A stretch of DNA of 63,905 bases, counting the filler, from Octopus bimaculoides (taxonomy: Eukaryota), in assembly GCF_001194135.2 (NCBI RefSeq). It is 6 parts of 6 records of this genome, joined end to end, with 100 filler letters (N's around TTAATTAATTAA, not from the genome) between each part and the next. Parts side by side here need not be neighbours in the genome. Positions count along the whole stretch, not along the records: positions 1 to 18,061 come from NC_068988.1; 5 more parts are not named here. One strand, written 5' to 3'. Under the pieces are notes generated by a model. It was not told where the DNA came from. It saw only the letters and a list, made by a program, of their open reading frames with translations, and did not search any database. This document shows positions 1 to 11,110 of the stretch, in pieces. The number at the start of each line of letters is the position of its first letter. Position 1 is the stretch's first letter. Position numbers and translations under genes: made by a program.

Positions 1-195
1 AAGGCGGCGAGCTGCCAGAATCGTTAGTTCGCCAGGCAAAATGCTTAGCGGTATTTCGTCCGTCTTTACTTTCTGAGTTCTGCCGTGGTCTCATTCTTTC
101 AGGGTTCATAAAATAAGTACCAGTTGAAGGCTGGGGTCGATGTAATCGACTAGTCCCCTCACCCGAAATTGCTGGCTTTGTGCCAAAATTTGAAA
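1..195 (+). mobile_element. tRNA-derived SINE, family A (AAGGCGGCGAGCTG... head)
   Basis: Same ~200-240 bp unit recurs more than 12 times in the window (e.g. 12133-12343, 56106-56298). Intact copies carry a B-box-like GAGTTCAAATTCC; this copy has a deletion there. Resembles octopus tRNA-derived SINEs; exact family name not verified. Confidence 0.85.
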
Positions 196-210
196 TCAAT
201 AATCGCTCGT

Positions 211-398
211 AAGGCGACGAGCTGTCAGAATCGTTAATACGCCGGGCAAAATGCTTAGCGGCATTTCGTCCGTATTTATGTTCTAAGTTCAAATTCCGCC
301 GAGGTCGACTTTGCTTTTCATCCTTCCGGGGTCCATAAAGTAAATACCAATTAGTATCGACTTACTCACTCACCCGAAATTGCTGACCTTGTGCCAAA
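211..398 (+). mobile_element. SINE family A, second tandem copy
   Basis: AAGGCGACGAGCTG...AAGTTCAAATTCCGCCGAGGTCGACTTTGC...CTTGTGCCAAA, colinear with copy 1. Confidence 0.85.
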
Positions 399-462
399 AG
401 GATGAAAGACAAACTCGACCTCTGCGGAATTTGAATTCAGAACGCAAAGACGGACGAAATGC
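399..462 (-). mobile_element. SINE family A internal fragment, inverted
   Basis: Reverse complement reads GCATTTCGTCCGTCTTTGCGTTCTGAATTCAAATTCCGCAGAGGTCGAGTTTGTCTTTCATCC. Confidence 0.85.
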
Positions 463-1620
463 GTGATCTTTATAACTGACTCGGAAGACAGCTGTACTTT
501 CCCAAACGTAACAGCAGTCGTTCGACATAAACCCACAGCACTGCAATCCCCGAACATTGCACAAATGCGTGCGGAACAGTTTCGCTGTCCCACCCACATC
601 TTGGGCAGGTGGGTGAGCATGAGGCACCGTGCCTTGCGAGTTTATCCTGAACTGGTAAGACTCCTCGGTAACATTGCCAGGCTAAGGACCTCTGGAAGTT
701 GTCCAAGGGTCCCGGCTCGAATGTGCTTTGGAACAGGCTGGCTCAGTGGACCATCTTCGAAGCCCAAAGTGTCTGCCAAGGCGTCATCACACTTGGCCTC
801 TACCAACCCGCTATAGAATGACGAGGTGGAACCCACGCTACAAGCATTACCCGTGCCTGCCAAGCACCCAACCTTGGTCTAAGTTTTATCCATGGTTCTA
901 GTTCACTAAAATTAGTGTACCTAGGAGGCATCAGTTTGGCGAACGGAGACCACACCCATTCACCATCCAGGTAAAGCCAAAGATGCCTTAGCCTCAGCGC
1001 GTGCTTGCGCATCATCAGCCAAGGCATCCCTAGCCCACCCTTTAACGGTTGTTGGCAACAGATAGAGGCAAGGCACGACGGTTAGGCGGTTGGTGACCAC
1101 AGATACGATAAACACATTTGCGACCTCCACCCTCCTTTCCAGGGTTAGTCATCGCCCAGACCAGGTCTGGGTTAGATGGGTCACTCTGCTCGTGACCTCG
1201 CTCCAATTTTTCTCTAACTGGAGGTTTGAACCAAACCAGACCCCGAGCATTTTCACCGGACCGTCCGTCCAGCATNNNNNNNNNNNNNNNNNNNNNNNNN
1301 NNNNNNNNNNNNNNNNNNGACCGACTTCTCCCGGTCAATAATTGCTCCTGCCACCGCCTCATATTCTTTAACGGCTTTGCCTACCCACTGTAGGTGTTTA
1401 GCCTCAAATACGATGACGGTGATGTCATCCATGTACACCGTCACTGATCTTTCACAACCCAGATCTCGCAGGACGCCACTCATACCCTCCAACTTCCGTA
1501 GTAAGGGCTCGAGAACCAGCCCTTACAGAAGGGAGGAGAGTGGACATCCTTGACGAATCGAGCGCTTGATACAGAACGGTTCCGAAAAGAAACCGTTCAT
1601 CTGAACGATTTGCCCTGCAT
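463..1620 (-). pseudogene. Non-LTR retrotransposon ORF2 fragment, L1/Tx1 clade (RT C-terminal half plus zf-RVT), with stops, frameshifts and a gap
   Basis: Minus strand encodes MNGFFSEPFCIKRSIRQGCPLSSLL*GLVLEPLLRKL (RQGCPLS motif), VYMDDITV (YxDD catalytic motif) and CPRCGWDSETVPHAFVQC (zf-RVT CxxC...E...H...C). GC content is above the surroundings. Confidence 0.9.
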
Positions 1621-1929
1621 ATAAATCGCACCCCAGTTTCTTTCTTTTTTTTTTTTTCAGTAAAATCAAGTATAAAATAGTGTGATTTATACTCAAGTAA
1701 ATACGGTATTAACTTATTTATTTATCACCAACTCTAGAATTTTGGAAATAAAGACCCTCTCGACTTCACAATTTAATAGATTTACACGACCACGTTCCAG
1801 CTCTCTGCGATCTGAGATCAAATTTCCCCGAGGTCAGCTTTATCTTTCCTACTTCCAACATCGATAAATAAAGTACCAATAAGGTACCAGTAACCGACTA
1901 ACACTTGTATTTACTTCCAGCGCGTCGTT

Positions 1930-2116
1930 GTTATGACCGTGTATGTGTGTCTGCGTGCGTGTGTGTGCGCGCGCATGTCCCCTCCCGCTCCCGGTTTGGC
2001 AAAAGAGAACGATAGAAGAAGTACCAGATTTAAAATAAGTTGTAGGACCTGAAACCCGTCAAAGAGGTGCCCCAGCATGGCCACAGTCCAATGACTGAAC
2101 CAAGAAAAAGATAAAA
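1930..2116 (+). mobile_element. SINE family B, degenerate 3' half
   Basis: Matches the family B tail GAGGTGCCCCAGCATGGCCACAGTCCAATGACTGAAC seen at 21783-21965 and 33470-33600. Confidence 0.7.
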
Positions 2117-3119
2117 AATGCTATCTTAAAAAAAGGATGTTACATTGAATGATAGAGTCATAGTTACAATTTGCTCAAGGAAAAAAACACGATAGCCATG
2201 GCTTTTGATTGTCTTTCATTGTCTGACCTGAGATGAAACAACTTTGAGCCAAGTCTATTAGCCCGTTGAGAGTTGTGTCGTGGCTTAAGATACGAAAGTC
2301 TGGCTTTCCGCCTGATTGTCTAGTAAACTGTCACATCGGCCGTTTTAATGGACTTGGTCAATGAGAATTAAATGACTCGCTTTGCCATTGTCATAGCAAA
2401 GTGACAGAGACAGGAACTTCTTTTCATATGAAGGAGACAGTGTCAAAGAAAGCTGGTTTTGTCGAAAGAGGAAGGGATTGAACACGAAAGAAAAAGAGTT
2501 AGCGTGAAAAGAGAGGAGGAAGAAGACAAACAAAAAAGAAAAACGAAAGCAAACAGATAAAAGAAGATTATTAGGACGTCAACGAAAAAGCGAGAAGGGA
2601 AATAGAGGAGCTAGGAAAAGGCAGAGAAACGTTTTGAAGGGAGAAAAACAAGGAGAAGAAAACGAAGAAAACAGGAAAAGCAAAAGAAAGTAGATGGTGG
2701 TGATGCAGACGAAGACGGAAAGAGGCGGTGATGAAAAGTAGAAGAATTTAAAGCTTCGCTTCTGCTGCTGATTACAAGAGGATGCCCGTCATTATAACCA
2801 TTATGGGAGAGACACACGTCTTCGAGTGAGCTATTTAGCTTATGAATGTTGGTTCAGGCCATTGTCTGACAGCATCATTCAGACATTTCTCAGCGAAGCC
2901 TTCAACTAACTACGTATGCTTAGACAATTGCAGGAACCAGAGATCGCTGCTAACTTCAGCGATAAAGACTAAATAATGTACTATTATGTAGGTCGAAGTC
3001 TCCTCATATTAAACAAATACGAAATGCATGCTTACGTAGATCTAGAACACATACATATATACATAGACATAGACATGCACAAACACACGTGCACATACAC
3101 ATTCATACACAAATATAAG

Positions 3120-3176
3120 CATATCTATCTATCTATCTATCTATCTATTTACCTACCTACCTACCTACCTACCTAC

Positions 3177-3211
<35 letters not shown>

Positions 3212-3225
3212 CCTATCTATCTATT

Positions 3226-3277
<52 letters not shown>

Positions 3278-3285
3278 CCCAGCTA
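3120..3285. repeat. (TCTA)n/(TACC)n tetranucleotide microsatellite
   Basis: Directly visible; source of the YLSI-repeat ORF 2976-3437. Confidence 0.95.
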
Positions 3286-3351
3286 TCTATCTGATTAGAG
3301 GTTGTGATTTCATGATTTCATTAGTGATTATTTATTATTGCATTCCCACAG

Positions 3352-3433
3352 AAGCACTCAAAGCCTCAACTATAGCTGGAGGAAGTAAAATTGAAGCTGT
3401 GAGCTTCACGCCTTCCTTCCAGGACATTGTTTG
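3352..3433 (+). CDS. Candidate 82-bp internal exon, unknown product
   Basis: Acceptor ttgcattcccacag| and donor TTG|gtgagg. Only one frame is open: xALKASTIAGGSKIEAVSFTPSFQDIV. No family recognised. Confidence 0.2.
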
Positions 3434-4359
3434 GTGAGGCCAACATTTGATTTGATGTTAGAGTGATTTGATGTTTGTGGGAATTGCAAATTTACTGCTA
3501 ATGTCTCATTGTGATGAAATAATGAATGTCAGAATAAATCCCTTTAAAAAAATCCCAGTTTCATGTCTATCGCAGGTAATATTGTGAATGGTTATGACAT
3601 TGTGGTTCATGTTGTCACTATACTAATGGATAATGGTGGTGCTAATGATTGATCATGGTGATAATGCTGGTGATGGTGGTGTTGGTAGTGATGGTGGAGG
3701 TTTGGCAGAGAGTGGTGGCAGTGATTGTACTTAACGGTGGTAGTGGTGGTATAGGTGATGAAGCTGTGAAAGTAATTGTCCATAGGTCTAATCAAGCAAG
3801 CCTATGATCAAAGGGGTTCCAGCCATGCCTTACCCACCTTTATTTTTTTGACATTATGTTCTTTTGCTTTTTAAAGAAATAGTGTGTAGTTCGAGGGATT
3901 GGTTGCTACTTCTAGCAAATCGACCGACCACCAAGAGGCCTCTCGCTTTCGCTGGTGAAAGTTAATGCTACCAGTGGTAACGGTGGTATCTACGGTGATG
4001 GTGATGGAGGTGGAATTGTTTTTGATAGTAGCTGTGTTAGAGAGGAGAAAATAGTACCGAACGTTGAATATTCATAGTATCCATTGTGTTATAGCTAGCT
4101 CTAATGTTTATTTGTTGGTAGTGTTAGCAATAGTATGTATCGAGTGGTGGTGGTGGTGGTAATTTTGTAGATGTGCTTGGGGGGGGGGTTGTCATTGTTA
4201 TGATTCTGATAGTATTTTGAATGAAATGTTGGGAACTGTCGTTCGTAATGGTCTTCCCTATTTCGAGAAGGAAAATGAAATTTGAAGAAAAATTTTATAT
4301 TCAAATTTAGACCGAGAATTGGTCAAACAATATGGCATACTCTAGCATTGTGTATGTTA

Positions 4360-5190
4360 GAATGTTAAAGAAAATTGTACGAAATTAAGCTTTAAACAAA
4401 ACAATAAAAGAAACAAAATAAAACGAGGGAAGTTAAACTAGAAGACAGGGCGGAGTTGAAAGGAGCGAAAGAAGAAAGGTGGCAGTCAACTACGTATGCA
4501 TGCAGCGGTGATGGTGGTGGTGGTGGTGGTAGTAGGAAACAAATGGTAGTGGGTTAATGGAGACCATTGATACAAGCAAGACGATTTGGAGATATTTTCA
4601 AAGGGAGTGAGAAAACATCAAGGGAAGGAGAGAAGGAAAAAATGAAAAGTGGATGAATGTTAATGAGAGGAAAGACAATGATTGAGAGAGAAAGAGAAAG
4701 GTAGAGAGTGATGAGAAGAAAGACAGGAGTAATGGAAATTAAAGAGACAGTACTACAAAAGAAAGTGAATGATGACGAAAAAAAAAAGAAGAGGAAATAA
4801 CGAGAAGGAAAGAGAGAACGGATAAAGGAGGAAAAAAATCTGAATACTAGATGTGTAAAAGTGGGGACAATGTTGAAATATAAAAATTATGCGAAAATGA
4901 GAAAAGCGAAGAAGGAAACAAGAAGGAAAGAAGAAATGAGAAAACTGTCGAGGAGGATTAAGACTAAAAAGAAGCGGGAGAAATAGAACGGAATTAGAGA
5001 GGAAAGAGAAACGAGATAAATGAGAAAATAGAGGGCAGAGAGAAAAGAAATTAATGTCAGAATGGGCTGAGAGCGGGAAAAGAACAGTGGAAGAAAGTGG
5101 AGGTATAAATACTTAGTATGGGGAAGGGGTTAAGAGAGCGGAAAATTAAGAGGGTAAGAGAGGGGAAAATGAGTGAGGTGTGGTGTAATT
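4360..5190. repeat. Purine-rich (GA/GAA) low-complexity tract
   Basis: Strongly A/G-biased plus strand over ~800 bp. Confidence 0.8.
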
Positions 5191-5441
5191 TCTGGATCAG
5201 AAGGCGGAAATAACATTAAAGGGCGTTGTAAAGCGTAGACAGCCAACAGTGTTAGTTAAACTTTGCTGGGCCCGGGCCAAAATTATGATTACTCTCCACC
5301 CCCAGACAGTAACATTAGCCTCCCCCTTATTCTTAACAGCAGCTGACTTTTGCAGTGATCTCTTTACACACCGGCTGCAAGGTGAAAATTCCATTCGCTT
5401 AGGTGCAAAAACTGACGGGAAAAGGAGAGGAGTGAGGAAAG

Positions 5442-5482
<41 letters not shown>

Positions 5483-5928
5483 TAGATATGCAACATACAC
5501 GTATGCATGCATACACGCTTTCACACTTACAATGGACAGGCGCGGCCATCATAAAACTTTTTGCATAGCTTTGTGTGTGTGCGTATCTAGGTTGGCGGTG
5601 TTTAGGTGTTGACATTTTCTGCTGGTATTTTGGTTACTTGATAAAGCAGTTCGGTTTTCTACAAATCCGCCGTTTCGAAAACTGCATCTTATCCATGACT
5701 AAACGATCATGCTGGACACAATCACCATTCAAATGAATTAAGCAAATTATACACGACTGTTGTTAAAATTCAACACAGTTCAACTATGGTCAATTAAACA
5801 AATAGGTAAATAGCTGGATGGATGGATGGATACATAGACAGGAAGAAAGAAAGCTAGATAAATAGCTAGATAGACAGAAGGAAAGACTAGAGCGACAAAT
5901 AGGCAGACAAGTAAATAAAGATAGTGTA

Positions 5929-5965
<37 letters not shown>

Positions 5966-6199
5966 ATGTATGTGTGTATATTTGTAAATATGTGTGTATA
6001 TATGCTTATACATACATACATAATGAGCATACCAATTGCCAGGAACGTGTTTATATGTGTGTGTGTGTGTAAATATGTATGTAGCGCTTTATACACATGT
6101 ACCCTTATATATACGCGCGTACTCACACATGCACACATTCACACACACACACACATCGAGAGGCATTCTCTTGTAATTGAAAACCACGATTACTTCTAA

Positions 6200-6420
6200 C
6201 ATTTCCAGTTAGACCGAGATCGAACGTGTGTTTCTTCCAGTCTCTTCTCTCTTTTCTCACCTCTTTTCCTTCCGTCTTTATCTACTTCCGACGAAGGACT
6301 ATATCCGAAACGTTATACTTTCACTCTATAACTTTTACGTTATACCTTTTTCCCTTTGAAATTAACTAAACGTCTCTTGCACTTTTTTTATATATTTGAT
6401 TTTCTTTTTTGTTATTGATT
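6200..6420 (+). mobile_element. Probable Penelope-like element terminal-repeat remnant
   Basis: Pyrimidine-rich flank around the hammerhead-like CCGACGA-A-GGA-ctata-TCC-GAAACGT. Minimal hammerheads are characteristic of PLE terminal repeats. Confidence 0.45.
6284..6314 (+). ncRNA. Degenerate minimal type I hammerhead ribozyme motif
   Basis: CCGACGA (CUGANGA with U4C), extra A, 3-bp stem II GGA/TCC, GAAA, palindromic ACGT; stem I is poor. Confidence 0.35.
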
Positions 6421-6489
6421 TATTTCACACACACATAGACATTTATCAATGATCAAAGGTCCTTCCCGAGCCAGTCTCGTAATACCAGT

Positions 6490-6645
6490 TTCCCGGATTC
6501 TGTAGTGTAATTTGCTCCGTAGCAGGATTGTTATTTTTTGCCAGGTGAATGGACTGGAGTAACGTAAAATGAAGTGTTGTACTCAAGGTCAAAACGCATC
6601 ACCCGACCCAGAAATTGAAACCACAATCTTACGATCATAACCACT
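6490..6645 (-). mobile_element. SINE family C fragment
   Basis: Reverse complement (GTGGTTATGATCGTAAGATTGTGGTTTCAATTTCTGGGTCGGGTGATGCGTTTTGACCTTGAGTACAACACTTCATTTTACG) aligns by eye to 31136-31250. Confidence 0.6.
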
Positions 6646-6749
6646 AAGGAATAATTATTGTCGGACGTAATTATATAGATTAAATAAAAAAAGATGCAGC
6701 AATAAACATTGCTATCTGATGACCAATGGAATATGGTTAAATATATATA

Positions 6750-6925
6750 TATATGATCGACCGCTAGCCACTAAAGCTTTTGTAATTCTCTCTCTGTTTA
6801 TTTTCTCGTGTTCCTTTCTGCTGAAGAGACTAGGCTCGAAACGTAAAAGACATTCTCACCTTCCCGAGCGTTAAACTAATAAACGTGTTTGTTGTTCATA
6901 CACATGTCTTCGTCTTTTGTTTGTT
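6750..6925 (+). mobile_element. Probable Penelope-like element terminal-repeat remnant between (TA)n tracts
   Basis: Contains a hammerhead-like core; its tail (AAACTAATAAAC...ACACATGTCTTCGTCTTTTG) resembles 17985-18061. Confidence 0.55.
6814..6849 (+). ncRNA. Degenerate minimal type I hammerhead ribozyme motif
   Basis: Stem I CTTT/AAAG, core CTGCTGA (A6C relative to CUGAUGA) plus extra A, stem II GAG-actagg-CTC, GAAA, palindromic ACGT, site UA. Confidence 0.45.
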
Positions 6926-6940
6926 TTTTTTTTAAATTCC

Positions 6941-6996
<56 letters not shown>

Positions 6997-7299
6997 CGGC
7001 AGGATACATTTGTGTTTAGTGGGGAGTTTTGGTTGCTATTCCTCGCTGCCACATAAAGACTTCATCATTGGATCAAGTCAATTGCGGCGTGGAGAAAAAT
7101 TGTTATTTTGGGTCCTAGCTCTTTGTCAGAGAGAAAGGGAAAGAGAAAGTGATGTCACTTGAGTGAAAACAAATAAATCATGTTATCGAAGGAGTAGTGA
7201 AGGAACCGTCGAGAGAGGGTCAGAAGTCCATATGGCGTGGTGAATGACGGAGAGGAGTTGAATTGAAATAGGTTGTAGAAAGAACCCAACGCTTTGGAA

Positions 7300-7804
7300 C
7301 AGAGATTCTCAACCAGGGTCCTTATTATATTTTGTGACATCCACGCAAGCGAAACAGAAAACCGAGTGTCCACTAGTGTTTTAGATGTATGTGACAAACT
7401 TTTGCTTTAGACGTACTTATTGCAAGGAACAGCTAGATTTCTTTCTCTAATACTTAACATTGTTCCACATACTAATGTTTAAGACTAGCTTAGCAGCAGC
7501 ATCTCCTACGAGGCTAGCATTAGAGGTGCATTAAAGTAGTATCTTTTTTTTTTTTTAAATAAGAATGTCCTTGTATATTTATGGCTTATTTTACTTGTAG
7601 ATATTCATTTTGCATAGAATTTAGTTTGTTGTTAAACGTTATGGGCAACGCACAAAATATAATAACGACTTTTATACAATTCCTAACAATATTTAATGAT
7701 AAAAACAGAATTAGATATTTTAAATATTGAACGGTTCAAGGGGTCCACCAGAATAGAAGGATAATCAAAAGTGTCCATAGGCAAAAAGGGGTTAAGAATC
7801 ACTG
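7300..7804. mobile_element. Non-autonomous hAT-like DNA element (MITE)
   Basis: TIRs CAGAGATTCTCAACC and GGTTAAGAATCACTG match at 13/15. Flanks ctttggaa and ctttaaac are only a partial 8-bp TSD. Confidence 0.6.
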
Positions 7805-8097
7805 CTTTAAACAAAAACCAAAAGATAAGAGGGAGTTTCAGTAAGGAGGGATGGTGAAAGGTGAGAAGAGGGAACAAGAGACAAAGAATGACTGCACTTA
7901 GAAAAGGCGCCTATAGGATAATCTGAATTTAGAATGACCGAATTATTGAACTAGTAGTACAATCATAAGTATGTGCCATATACGTATACCCACACCATCC
8001 TAACCGAAAAGAACGTATCCACATATCCACACATTCGCATAGATGCATGCTTATATACATACAGACTCTCATTTACAGACGTTTACACACACACACG

Positions 8098-8140
<43 letters not shown>

Positions 8141-9084
8141 CACACACAGGTATTTACAGGCAAACATACACATATACTGATATATACGCAAATGCAGGTA
8201 CATAGGGGCATATACACACAAACATACATGCTTGTACACACAGCTGAATACATGCACAAATATCGATATAGAATATTTTTACTTGAAACAATAGAAAGGG
8301 AGAAGACATTAGAAATGGTTCTTTTATTTATTTATCTATTTTCTTAGTAGTTCCTTTCAGCTGCGACTGTCTCATGGCACCGAATAAACCAATTGAATAG
8401 TTTGGAAGAAATGAAAGATGTTGCACTTCCAGTTAAATCTAGTATCTCACTAGGCATAGCCTACCTTCCTTTCGCGATAGTATTGCCAAGGAAAAAAAAA
8501 AAAGACAATTGAAAGGACTTTCAACCAGAAATCGAATCTGTGTCGCGGACTTGACTCGCCAAAAATTTACTCCTTATTATTCAATGCGCGCTTGTCAACA
8601 TTAAAATATTGCATTTGTTTTCTCGTCTCAACCCTAGAACTGGATCACTTGAAAATATCTGCTTGGTTTCATACGAGCGTCTTTACCAGTTCACAATTGC
8701 ATTGACCTTCGTTTATTATAATCATTTTCATTCCTTTCCTCTTTTGTTACAAAGCTGTCAATTTAGCGCGTGTGTGAATTCACGTGGAACACATAAATAA
8801 AACTATGATCCATTGTCTAGCAGTTCTAACACAATTGTGTAGGGCCCACACTGCAGGCAATGTGGCTCGGTGATAGAGCGTTCGCGTTACATATTACCTT
8901 CCCTAACTCCAGTAAAGATTATTTCTTCCTTTTAAGATTTGCCGAATAGTTTGTGTCGACATCATTTGTGATCAAATTCACTGTATTTGATTACATAAAA
9001 GGCGCACGGGCATATACATGCACCCTAATTTTATCCACCATATGCAGGAAAAATGTTTTTGCATGTAGTATTTGAAGCAAGTTT

Positions 9085-9233
9085 TTTAGTCTGAGTTCAA
9101 ATTCCACCGAGGTCGACTTTGTCTTTTATCCTTTCGGGGTCGATAAATTAAGTACCAGTTACGTACTGGGGTCGATCTAATCGACTGGCTCCCTCCCCAA
9201 AAATTCGGGCCTTGTGTCTAGAGTAGAAAAGAA
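9085..9233 (+). mobile_element. 5'-truncated SINE family A with 16-bp target-site duplication
   Basis: TATTTGAAGCAAGTTT at 9069-9084 and 9234-9249 flanks the copy. Confidence 0.9.
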
Positions 9234-9249
9234 TATTTGAAGCAAGTTT

Positions 9250-9371
9250 AGTATCCCAGGCAAAATGCATAGCGGTATTTTGTCTGTCTTTACGTTCTGA
9301 GTTCAAATGCCACTAAGGTTGACTCTGCCTTTCATCCTTTCAGGGTCGATAAAATAAGTACCAGTTGGACC
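9250..9371 (+). mobile_element. Older SINE family A partial copy
   Basis: CCAGGCAAAATGCATAGCGGTATTTTGTC...GAGTTCAAATGCC...AAGTACCAGTTG. Confidence 0.8.
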
Positions 9372-9525
9372 GTAGAGAATAACGGCAAATGTGTTGGAGG
9401 GGGCAGTTGACAGTTCATAGATTTTTCTTTATCTATAGTTGGCAGATTTGTAGTGGAGCTGTGAGTTATACGGTCAGACTGAGGTGGACCGTAGGGATGA
9501 AGAAGGCGTGATTCTTCACTACTTG

Positions 9526-9566
<41 letters not shown>

Positions 9567-9984
9567 ATGGCAATGGTTGTAGAAGTAGAATAAGATGACA
9601 ATGATCATGATGGATCTCTTGTGTTGTTCTGAGAAAGTAAGGAATTTGAATAGCACTCCTGTGGAGAAGGGCTAGAGACTATGGAGTTTAATAGGTCATT
9701 AACTGTACTAGTGTTGAGGGGTAGCTATGGTGGCTGATCTTGTTGTTGTTTAGTCTTGGTATTGGTAGTTATAGCAGAACATAACGATGATGATGGGTCA
9801 GTTTTGGTATTGTGGGTAAATGAGGAATATGAATAGTTGGACTGTGAAGGACTGCTTATTGTGCAGTTTAGTAGATCACCAACTGTGCTACTATTGAGAA
9901 GTGGCTGTGGCTGTTGGTCGTTGTTGTTGTTGTTGTTATTCAGCTGTAGTTGGAGTAAACACATGGTGAAGATTACCAAAATGT
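9372..9984 (-). pseudogene. S/T/N/Q/P-rich reading frame with two in-frame stops and an internal ~46-codon duplication; decayed or terminal exon, or TE ORF1 relic
   Basis: ORFs 9725-9979 and 9332-9601 are in the same frame (378 nt apart) and bridged by an open stretch. A strong acceptor tttcttttaattcacag| lies at 9985. The duplicated units show several synonymous differences. Confidence 0.45.
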
Positions 9985-10479
9985 CTGTGAATTAAAAGAA
10001 ATTTCAATATGTTTCAGTTTATTCTATATCTGCTTCGATCGGTGATTGAACAGTTGAACTGCTCTTTTAGCAGTATATTTCAGAGATAAAGCATCTGTCT
10101 TCTCAATTTGAGAAAAAGAGTACCATGCGTTTATGAGATTACTGATTTCATTCTCTGACCACTTTTGTTTATTGTAGACGTGCTGTGTAGTCATCTTGAG
10201 TTTTTGGTTATTTCGTGCGTTTAATTGTGTTTTTGCAACAAAAGATATGTTTACATAATCAAGTAGTTAGGGAGAAAAGACAGGTAAAATTTTCACAAAA
10301 AATTGTAGATATTAAAGTTAAATGTTCTAAAGATGATCGTTTGTATGTCCGACCAGAGAAAATTGTAGTGTTTTTGCAATAAAAAGGATGTTTACATTTT
10401 CGAATACTCGGGAAGAAAAGAAAGGAAATTGTTGTATACAGTGCTCAGGTGCACTACAAAAAAAAAAGAAGCCATCAGG

Positions 10480-11040
10480 TGTACTATTGGCGGATTTCAG
10501 GAAGCATGGAAGTTTCGAAGGATGTAGTGTCTCGACAGCTAACAACTGATGCGGGTAGTATATTCCATGTTTGAGCTATTCTGAGCGTGATAAATGTTTC
10601 CGAAAGTCATGGGTGCTGTGTTGTTTTTTGATTTTATAAGCATGTCCGCGAGTGTTTGTCATATGGAATTTAAAAAAGTACCCAAGGTTGTTGTTGGAAA
10701 GATGGTGGATAATCTTGTGGGTGTCTACCAAATCAGTTGCCAGACGTCAGAGTTACAATGTATCCATGCCCAAAGAAATAAGACGTTCAGGGCGGCGGGT
10801 ATTCATTTTGTTGTACGTTCTTGAACAGATTTATATGCTGAGCAAGATAGGAGTTCCAGACCGGTGATGCAAATTCCAAGTGTGGACGACGTACCATTGT
10901 CGTATACAATTTTGAATAGATAACTGGAGAGCGGCTGACAAAGGTCTTACTGAGTGATGCTAGCACCACCGCAGCCTTCTTGACAATCTTAGAGATGTGG
11001 TTTGTCCAATGCAGATCATTGTTTACGATCGTCTTGCATA
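10480..11040 (-). pseudogene. CR1-group LINE ORF2 C-terminal relic
   Basis: Minus-strand peptides NNDLHWTNHISKIVKKA, RPHLEFASPVWN, NTRGHAYKIKK and TWNILPASVV are typical of the CR1-group RT tail. Confidence 0.85.
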
Positions 11041-11110
11041 TTTTTGCTGTTCTACTTACAGATCGTGTTTGTAATGTAGGCGGTGTATGTGTGTGTATGT
11101 GTTGTTGTTT

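Noticed and set aside
463-816. 117-aa plus-strand ORF and other ORFs at 366-1341
   Set aside because: Antisense or off-frame readings of the GC-rich Tx1 LINE fragment.
2976-3437. 153-aa ORF
   Set aside because: Mostly (CA)n and (TCTA)n repeats; only the last 82 bp is retained as a weak exon candidate.
4360-5190. Purine tract as a possible triplex/H-DNA element
   Set aside because: No mirror symmetry evident; such tracts are common in this kind of genome.
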